A DNA stretch of 64,000 nucleotides from positions 24,056,001 through 24,120,000 of the forward strand of contig OZ024755.1 in the NCBI GenBank assembly GCA_964016885.1, read 5' to 3'. Below, piece by piece: positions 54,682 through 64,000 of the stretch. A model generated the notes under the pieces. It searched no databases and had not been told where the DNA came from. It saw only the letters and a list, made by a program, of their open reading frames with translations. Every line of letters begins with the position of its first letter. The first letter of the stretch is position 1. The position numbers and the translations under genes are program-made. This DNA comes from Eledone cirrhosa (lineage: Eukaryota).

Positions 54682-54929
54682 TTCCCCAACATGAAAAATC
54701 ACTTGGCTGGGAACCAGTATAACAGTGGTGAGGATGTCATATCTGCTGTTGATGACTTTTTTGACCAACAAAATAAAGCTTCTTCACCAATGCGATCCAA
54801 GTGCTACAACACTGATGCAAGAAGTGTGAGGACTGCAAGAGGGGGAATATGTTAAAAAATAAACCTCATGTGGTCACATTCCATGAGAGTATCTTGGTCA
54901 GCATCTGAACTTTTCAGCCCACCCTCATA
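54682..54929 (+). mobile_element. Mariner transposase C-terminus and right TIR
   Basis: Peptide FPNMKNHLAGNQYNSGEDVISAVDDFFDQQ...EYVKK*; TIR aacttttcagcccaccctcata. Confidence 0.8.
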
Positions 54930-56415
54930 ACTATGCAAATATTAAAGCAAATGGAAGCTGGCAAACATCAAGCATATGTGGATGTTTACCCACATAAACA
55001 ACTAAAGAAATATGCACAAAAGAAAACCTCCTGTCATGATGACCCCATTGTTATTACCAAGAGGAGAGATCATTCAAATATCACAAATTAAAGAAAAAAT
55101 AGTAGGTATACTAGGTATTCTTCCTCTATAGAAAAAAATCGACTGTGTTCAGACCTGGAGAGGGTTGGGCTCCGCCAGGTTTAAAAGTGCCCTAGACACG
55201 CTGTGTGATGGTGCCTCTATGACACCACAAGGAGTTATGGGATCTTTATCCTTTATCCTTATTCATACTTGCTATAAGAGTTGATAATAAAATACAAGGC
55301 TGTGTGGTATTAAGTCAAATTCTAATGAAAACCAAGATTAATTTTCATGCAATTACATTCAGAAGCATTCACAGCAATCAGAAGCTAGTGTTAAAGATTC
55401 AGATTGCAATATAACCCACACAAGACTATATCTAGTGAAGATGTAAGCACAAACACCCAGACAAACAAGAGATTTCTCCTGGTTCTTAGGATTATCATGA
55501 ACCATGACAACTCCATTCCTTCACTTGTATTCAAAATAAACGAAAAAAGTCTTTTTTTTTTAGAGAAGAATGTCTTCCTACACTTCCATCTTCAAAGAAG
55601 GAGAATATAATGCTGTTATTTTTGGGGAGGGTCATGTCCTAATATTGCAAGAAAAATATAGTAAAACACACTCACTGTTTGGTTTTACGATATATTCCTG
55701 GCAATGTTATAACAACATGACCCTCCCCAAATGTAACAATATCTGTTTCAATACATAATTTCATATCAAAAACCTTGCAAAACAAATACATCGCTGAATA
55801 TAAAACTATTTGTTTTTAAAGTCAGAATAAACTGTTTACACAATTACTTGGCAAAACTGTTTCAAGCCAATGCCAGAGCTTCTTTATCATTCAAAAACAC
55901 CATGACTAATGAAGGAATCATTAGAAAGGCAGCCACCTAATATTTGGAAATCAAATAAAATGGCGTGTGTAACAGTAACAATATCCATGCAACAGTTTTC
56001 TTCATACTCTTGTCCAGCGGTAAATATTGAGTTTTTTTTAAGTTACAGTATTGCTAACAGATTAGTTGTACATAGGAAGATTCTGTAAAGTTGGTAGCAA
56101 AGAACTCAGACCTAGAAGAAAATCAGGAAATGGCAAATATATTTTAATATTTTAATTGTTTTACTGCAGTTATGCTAAATTTGTTAATAATTTTTCAAGT
56201 ACACAATACAATTTCAAGTACACAACAATTTCCAAATAAACAAATTCTTCTCAAACAAACAAGGTTACAACTAATATCACTCAACCTGCTAGAAATAGAA
56301 ACCAAGTCTTATTCATATAACACCCTCCCACCCTAAAAAAATAGATAATGTGGTACTAGATATAATATGGCAAAATAGGAACACACAGTTGGAATACTTT
56401 CGATTATAGGTCCTC

Positions 56416-56644
56416 TTAATCCTTTAGCATTCACATTACTCTATATTTACTATTGTATTTTCACAGTAAAGGCTTTATCTCACTTAATTATCTCACATAA
56501 TATCGAATCTATAAGAATTTGAAATTATTTATTTTGAGAAAAATACCTTAATGTCAGTATGAGCAGCTGGTTATGACTGGTTTGAACATAAAAATGTGAG
56601 AGAACTCTGGTCGGATATGGCTGGTTTAAATACTAAAGGGTTAA
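56416..56644 (-). mobile_element. MITE family C
   Basis: ttaatcctttagcatt...aatactaaagggttaa. Confidence 0.85.
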
Positions 56645-56721
56645 TTTGGGCCAGCCCTGGACTAAACATCAATAGCAAGAACAGAAAAATAATTTCAATG
56701 TATATAAAATGATAATCTTAC

Positions 56722-56895
56722 AAGCTCCATTAACTCAGTATTAATGTCTGCGGGATAATTGAACTGATATGGCTGTTGTTGAAGGCTAAGAACATCTTGG
56801 CTCATGGAACGGATAAAATAAGAACTATTTAGTTGTGGGTTAACTTGGTGACAGACTTTTAATAAATCATCAAATCTCCGATGCCGTTCTGTTGC
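56722..56895 (-). CDS. Coding exon (ATERHRRFDDLLKVCHQVNPQLNSSYFIRSMSQDVLSLQQQPYQFNYPADINTELMEL), same gene, F-BAR end-like
   Basis: Acceptor tttcctttctttcag, 174 nt (58 codons), donor gtaag, phase 0-0. Lies inside ORF 56695..56955. Confidence 0.88.
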
Positions 56896-57890
56896 CTGAA
56901 AGAAAGGAAAAACAAGTTTCATTTTTGAATAATTAATTAGCATAAAGAGTTTCATTGAACACCCTTAAATTTAAATGACTGCTAAATTATATAATTTGAA
57001 TTCAGAGCTTGGAGATCAGAGAGTCACACCAGGTAGAGCCACTACTTCTCTGAATTGAGAGATCACACTTCCTATACTATGGGCATGTGGTTAGAATATC
57101 CCAGAAAATAATTGCTGGACAGATTTTATGAGCAAAACTAACTAGCAAGAGATCCAGGGGTAGACCCCAAGCAAGATAGTTGGGCAACATCAATGAGCTT
57201 GGCTAGTCATGCTTGGGAATCCAGCTAGATCGGTTGGAGACAGTTGCTTCTGACAAAACCCACTAGAGGAAGTGTTTGTGGACTCTTCCCCCACAACCAT
57301 CTCAGGAATAAATGGGCAAATAAAAGAAGAAGAAAGATCTGCATATATGGTTTTCTTTTAACCCTTTTGTTACCATATTTCTAATGAAAGACAGTGTCAC
57401 AAATTTGTCACAATTTTCAAATCATTTTGAAAATAATCAAGAATTTGGAGAGATCTAGTAACATAACTAACTAAGCTAGTATTTGGAACATATCTTAATT
57501 TTCTTCGATGGAATTATGGAATATATGAAATTATGGTATAAATAATTTATAATAAACTGCTTTGTAATGTAGAAATAGGAATTAAAGAGAATTTATGGAG
57601 TAATTTTTATAGAATGAGAAATAAGAATATCAGTTAATCAACTTCACAACTTTGCTTCATTAATTGTCTAAATATCTGAAACAAGTTATTTTTAATGAGA
57701 GCTTTGATTGTCATAAACTGTCGTCCCATTTCTGAATGAGTGTATAGTCTGATAGGTGGTGAATTGGCAGAGGCGTTAGAACGTCAGATAGAATGCAATA
57801 TATATTTTTAAGAAAAGACATGGATATTTTTATTTTTCATTTCTTTTTAGTCATAAAAAAAACATTATATCTAAAGAACTAAAATCTTAC

Positions 57891-57971
57891 TTTGTTTAGA
57901 AGAACAAGAGCATGACCCTCAATGGCAGTTTTGATTGTATTACATGTATCAATGTGAATCTCTTCAAGTTC
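57891..57971 (-). CDS. Coding exon (ELEEIHIDTCNTIKTAIEGHALVLLNK) of a long minus-strand gene; helical, resembles the C-terminal part of an F-BAR (FCH/EFC) domain
   Basis: Acceptor ttttctgttttccag, 81 nt open, donor gtaag. Phase 0-0 and in frame with the next exon. The F-BAR resemblance is judged from memory of Fes/Fer/FCH proteins. Confidence 0.85.
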
Positions 57972-58721
57972 CTGGAAAACAGAAAATAAAACAAATTAAA
58001 AACCAAATTCAGTAATGTCCATCTCATGACATTTCTCCCTATTTTCATATAAAATGCTTTTCTTGTTTTCATTCCACATTCTCCCTTTATCCTCTTTCTT
58101 CTCCCTCGCTATTTTTTGTTTATACAAAATGAAGACATACAGATTTTCACCTGCAGTCAATAAAAGTTATAGAAATGAAAATGTATGAAAGATTAAATTG
58201 CTTTGTGTTGAGAAAATTCTGGGTTTCAAAATAAAACCCCAACAATACTGATATCACAATAAACACACTTGAGGGTTGTTAATTAGCAGAACAACTAAAG
58301 CATCAGACAAAATTTCTTGGGGTAGTTTTTATGAGTCTTTGTATTCTGAGTCCAAATCCCAACAAGGTCTACTTTATTTTTCATCCTTCTATGGTTGATA
58401 AAATAAAGTAATAGTCAAGTACATGGGTTGATATAATGGGTTGATATAAAGGACTTTTACTTCTCTCTAAAATATACCATATCCAGCCCAATGTACTCCA
58501 AATCATATAGTTTACTTGAAGCACTGTCCATGTTTGCCACATTTAAAGTTGACTGATACAATATAAAAATAGTTCTAGTTCTGTCAGAGCACTCGGTAGA
58601 GCAGGAGAATGTATTTAAGTTATATACAAGCCCCCAACATATCTGAGGGGTGAGTAGCTGCTTGGATACTGACTCTGTAAAAACACACTGAAACCTTGCT
58701 AGCAAGGAAGACAAACGTCAA

Positions 58722-58933
58722 ACATTTAGCATATACATTATTCTATATATACTATTGTATTTTTGTGGTAAAGGCTTTATCTCTCATAATATGAAATCTA
58801 TGAGATTTTGATGATATATATTTTGAGAACAATACCTTTACATCAGTATGAGTGGCTGGTTACAGCCAGTTTGAACAGAAAGAAGTGAAGGAATTCTAGT
58901 CGGATATGGTCAGTTAAAATGCTAAAGGGCTAA
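58722..58933 (-). mobile_element. MITE family C
   Basis: Family body ending aatgctaaagggctaa. Confidence 0.75.
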
Positions 58934-60481
58934 ATGATGATGATGATGACAACAATGATGATGACAACAATGATGAGGACGATGAGGATGACAATGCAGC
59001 AAAGGCAATAATGATCAGGAGGAGGAGGAGGATAAGGACTATATCACTTAATAAATTGGACACTGCTTCTCTGGTATCATCTACTTAATCCCACCAACAA
59101 CAAAGCCTATCTCTTGCATCTCATTATTATTCTGTTGTTTTTTCTACAAGCTTTTCTTAGTTCTTCAAAACTTCAATACCAATAGAATTTCTTTTCACAT
59201 TTAAACCAAACATCCAACAATTAATTCTCAACTGTTCAAATCAAATATCAACTAGCATAACATCAGTGTGTTAACTACACTTCTCTTTATACCTCATACC
59301 AGTGAATAACATTAAAATAATTATGTTTGGTACTATGTTCAACTGATGCTTGACCTCTACATCATCTTCTTCGTCCACTTATTCCTGAGAGGGTCGTGGG
59401 GGAAGAGTCCTCAAACTCTCCCTCCAGTGGGTAATGTCAGAAGCAACCATCTCCAACTGAACTGACTGGATTCCCAAGTGAGACAAGCCAAGCTCATGGA
59501 TGTTATCCAACCATCTTGCTCAGGGTCTACTCCTGGGTCTTCTACTAGTTGGTTGTGCACGCAAAATCTGTCCAGTAATTCTTTCCTGAGACATTCTAAC
59601 CACATGCCCATAGTAGCAGAACTGTGATCTCGCAATTCAGAGAAGTAGTGACTCATCTCTGAGCTACACAATCTATCGAGTAATCTAACTCCAAAGACCC
59701 TTCAGAGGAACCCCATTTTGGCAGCTTGTATTCACGATCATATTCTGCACATTGCTAAATAAAATCTTTTTACTATTCAATAATCCAGCTATTTCTAAAT
59801 TGTGAAATAGAGATTGATCATTTTCAGCCATTCAGACTGTAGCAAGCAGATTTGTCTGCCTTGTACTGAAGGACAATGCCATGAATGAAGTATGATTTGA
59901 ACTCATGATAATGAGGTTTGCTGTGGTCTTGTAGTTAGTTGAATAAAAATGCATGTGAGCATGTGTGTGATAGAAAACTTGTAGAAACTATAAATTTGAA
60001 GAAAACCAAACCACCTTTTAAAGAAGACTTACAGTCTGATTTATAAAATTAGATATACTGTTTTAATAAAGTCTGAACATGTTTACAACAATGCCTTCCA
60101 GCAGTGGCGTGTTTAAATCTTATTTATTGGATTTCTTTATATTAGTATAGTGCAGTCTTTCAAATGTAGAATAAATGCAAGGGATAGCTATTATTGTCCT
60201 ATTTGACAATATTTCTCAAATGTAGGTGGACAGACTATGCAAATATACTTTTACTTGTGCAGGAGCTATGGAGTGCATACAAACAAAAGCACACATGCAA
60301 ATATATGCATATCCACAAACACATATATATACACGTATCACTACCTTATTTGATTTGCCTCAAGTTTCTTAACTAAGAAGGAAACTATTATGAGCAACAG
60401 CAAACTCAGAGAGTTATATGAACCAATGATAAGAAGGAAAATATCAGGAACAATAGAAAATTCTGAGAGTATGTGTTATAT

Positions 60482-60666
60482 CAAGGTTTCCCAAAAATTT
60501 TCAAATGCAGAACCCTTTTTATTTCAGAAACTTTTGGGGAAACCCCAAAGTCTAAAACTGTTATATGGTCATAATACAAATATACTCCTCTACTTTTTTT
60601 CATGGAACCCCAAGCACTCCTTTGTGGAGCCCTTGGCATACACGGAACCCACTTTGGGAACCACTG
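60482..60666. mobile_element. hAT-type MITE
   Basis: TIRs caaggtttcccaaa and tttgggaaccactg; 8-bp target-site duplication tgttatat/tggtatat. Confidence 0.7.
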
Positions 60667-61639
60667 TGGTATATGAACCAATAATAAGGTACTACAAACC
60701 AAATAAGAAAGATAAATGATAAAGTAAAATTAAGACAAGTGAATTTATTGTAAAAGAGTTTAAAAGTGCTTGATGGAAATAATGATACATTTGAATCCTT
60801 TGGTAAAACCATTAATGTTGTAAGTTTATTGAGAAAAGGCAGGCTAGGATTTGAATAGATTTAGCTGTGGGGTCAATACGTATTGTGGATCAATACGTAT
60901 TGTGATAATTTGAGATAATCAAATAAAGAGACTGAGAGGTAGAAAATAAGAAAGTAGGAATTAAGACATGATAAAAATGCATTTTTTTAAATTTCCTAAA
61001 TTAAATATATACTCAAAAGCATAAACTGACTACCCAGAAAATATTTTTTATAGATAAAACTGAAATAACTTTAAATATTTTAAATACTATTTGACTTTTC
61101 CTTAGAGTTCAGAAGCAATTGATATAAAAGAACCTTAGCTTAATCTCTCCCTAGAGTGAGGCGTGGGAATCAGCTAACAAATTGGCAGAGTTGTTAGAGA
61201 TTGAGAGACAATGCCTTGCAGCATTTGCTCTCTGCAATGGTTAGCTTTGTCTTTCATCCATATTTTGTATTTTGTCTGGCTTTTTGCATTCTGAGTTAAA
61301 ATCCAACTGTAGCTTACTTCAATGATATACTTAATCTGTTGAATTATTTAATAACACCACTTGTTCCTTAGGTGCTTTTAGAGGAACCCATTCTGTTGCA
61401 AGCATGTGGTCCAGGTCTCTGGATTAGAGATAACTTCAACCAGCATCAAAGGCCCTTAGAAAGGTCATGGATATTGCCACCCCTGCCTCCTGACTAAACA
61501 ATAACAAAATGATAGTCAAAGTTTTGATGTTTTCTGAGCATGAGGTAACCAAGCTGTGCTACTATAACTCAAAACTAAAACAGAATCTTGGCAGTCTCCC
61601 AGAACCCTGAGGAATTCTTACAATTACTGTTTAAAACGT

Positions 61640-61845
61640 AGGGCAGTGGATTGGCAGTATCGGTAGAGCATTAGACAACATGTTTTATGGCATAAAGTTA
61701 CACCCTTTTACGATCCAAGTTCAAATCCTGCCAAAGTTAGCTTATGGGGTTGATAAAATAAAATACCAGCAATGCACTGGGTCGATTTAATCAATGTTCC
61801 CTTTCTGCAAAATTATTGGCCTTGTGCCTAAATTAGAAACCAATA
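61640..61845 (+). mobile_element. SINE A
   Basis: Family A motifs with an internal deletion. Confidence 0.8.
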
Positions 61846-63483
61846 TTTAGCCACAGTTACTGCATCATGTCATTCAAGAAAGTGACAACTTAACTTACCT
61901 CACTCATATTACTAAATTAAAAATAAGTAATGCAAGTGAATGATCTCAACTAAGTATGGAAATCCTCATTTCTCTCCACTCTTTTTTCTTGTTTCATACC
62001 TTAAACAATATCAGCAAGCTATAATGTAATCATAGTTGCGACATATGATGTTTCCTTGAAATCTGACAATGTCTCCAAAGTCTAGGTTAAGCACTAAGAT
62101 GCTTGTTCTATGAATAGCTTAGGTTAAATCCTCATTTCATTATCTGTTTTTATCCTTTTATTCATATATTCTAAGCTTTTCTATGTTAATTATTGTGATA
62201 AAAGACAAGTATTAGTTTTCTGTATTCAAACTTGTCTGACAAGTTTGAAATCTTTCTAATAACACTATCACAAGCAAAAATGCTTGCCAATAAGTGTTTT
62301 CTATAGTTTCTAATGTTAAAAAAATTCTGAACTCTCTAGTAGTTATTGCTAGCAACACTGACCAAGTCAAAACATAAAGGCAAAAACAATTAGTACATTG
62401 TATTCAATTGTTTTCATATTTTTAGGCCATGATAACAAATAAGCAAGCAACTATGTTGTGTTTAATTACCATTTCCATGAATTAATCATCAATAGAAATA
62501 TGCCTGACAAACAATATGTTAAAAATATGAGAGCGAAAGAGAAAATATTAGTTTATGTAGTTATTGTCACAAAAATATAGATATATAATCAAGCATCAGG
62601 CTATATATCAATAATAAAGTACTAACCATATCTTCATTATATTATTACTTTGTCTTAATATCTGCTCTAGATTATCTTTCATCATTAAATGATTCAGCTT
62701 GAGCTCAATATAGAGCATTGACATTTTTCATTAATATATTTGTTATAAAATATTTCTCTTAGTATTTATTATGCCAGAAAACAATAATTAGGTTTCATTA
62801 AGTAAATGCCTGATTTTATAAAGGCTGTTATTCTTTAAAAGTGAAAATGGAAATCAAGTATTATTTGTGCATTTCTTGTTCATTTGTGCATATCATGTAT
62901 TTTTAAAGTATTCTAGATCGTCATCCTTTTACATCTGCTTTTTCAGGCTTGCATGGGTTGGACAGATTTTATCTAGCACAGCTTCCCTTGACCTATTCTG
63001 TTCCTTTGTCATCTCTGAAAGGTTCAGAATTTTGAGATCAGCTCTCACCACGTCTGCCTAAGTCTTTGTTGGCCTTCCTCTGTGGCAGCTTTCTTCCAGT
63101 AGGAACATCAGGTTCTTCTTCACCCAACCATCATCTTCCATAAACATCACAGCTCCATACCAGTGCAGTCTTCTCTCTTACTACATTTGATTCCTCTTGG
63201 TAACCCTTTATTGCAGCTTCCTTTCACTAGGATTTCTTGGCACTTCTTCACCCAACAATCATCATATACACATACCATGTCTTCTTCTTCACTTACTTAT
63301 TCTTGATGGGGTCGTGGGGGCAGAGTCCTCAAACACTCCTTCCAGCGGGTCCTGTCAGAAGCAACCATTTCTAACTGATCCAACTTGATCCCCAAGTGAG
63401 ATCAGGCAAGCTCATGGGTGTTAGACAACTTGTCTAACCTATGCAAACATGAAAAATAGACGTTAAACTGTGATGATGATGAG

Positions 63484-64000
63484 ATCATCATCATCATCGT
63501 TTAACGTCCGTGTTCCACGCTTGCATGGGTTTGGACGGGAGTTTTCCCACTTGAGGCAAGAGTGATCGTCTTGCTCGCATAGGACTGTCTGGCGGGTTTT
63601 CTACAGCTGGATGCCCTTCCTAACACCAACCACATTTACAGTGTGGAACTGGGAGGTTTTTACCGTGTTACCTACACGATCACATTACAGCGTGGACTGT
63701 GTGTTTTTTTGTCGTGACACCTACACGACCTCATTTATTTCGGCCTGGATGTTGTGGCACCAACATAACTTTACATTGAAAGGGGCGGTGTGGATGGGGT
63801 GGGGGTGGTGGGACGGGGGTGTATTTTGTTAGAGATGCCTACTGGCTGTAGTAGGTTTTACTTTGTATTTAGGTAAGGCGGGTCTTCTCTATTACTGAGT
63901 ACCGCCAAAGGTCGCGGTCCAGTGACATTGTCTTGGAGAGGTGTAAGTGTGTGAGGTCGGAATTTATCAGCTCATCCCAGGTTTTTCTGGGTCTGCTATA
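63484..64000 (-). mobile_element. 3' end of a second copy of the same RTE LINE, running off the window
   Basis: Collinear and highly similar to 3943-4460. Confidence 0.9.

Noticed and set aside
58457-58714. Possible upstream exon STLNVANMDSASSKLYDLEYIGLDM
   Set aside because: The donor (gtatat) is weak and the peptide does not fit the helical context, so it cannot be supported.

Overview
AT-rich eukaryotic DNA packed with microsatellites and repeats. The mix of (TA)n/(CA)n/(ATG)n tracts, tRNA-derived SINEs with Deu/Nin-like and CORE-like central domains, and RTE LINEs suggests an octopus-like coleoid cephalopod (inference). The window appears to lie inside one long minus-strand gene. I read three coiled-coil exons resembling an F-BAR/FX region (57971-57891, 56895-56722, 53382-53231), followed by a chain of Ser/Pro-rich, symmetric phase-2 micro-exons (48276-48232, 40249-40202, 37261-37226, 33797-33732, 30431-30369, perhaps 24964-24899). 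The introns hold a rearranged RTE LINE, many SINEs, CR1/RTE/RLE fragments, two mariner relics, piggyBac-, hAT- and Tigger-like MITEs, and LTR remnants. The most unusual signal is a cluster of Penelope-type hammerhead-ribozyme motifs between about 47.1 and 52.8 kb, with outliers near 21.7 and 26.7 kb. It includes a 365-bp near-perfect palindrome whose two arms each carry a hammerhead fold. Most long ORFs in the supplied track are microsatellite artefacts. All family assignments come from motif recognition by eye; no database search was run.
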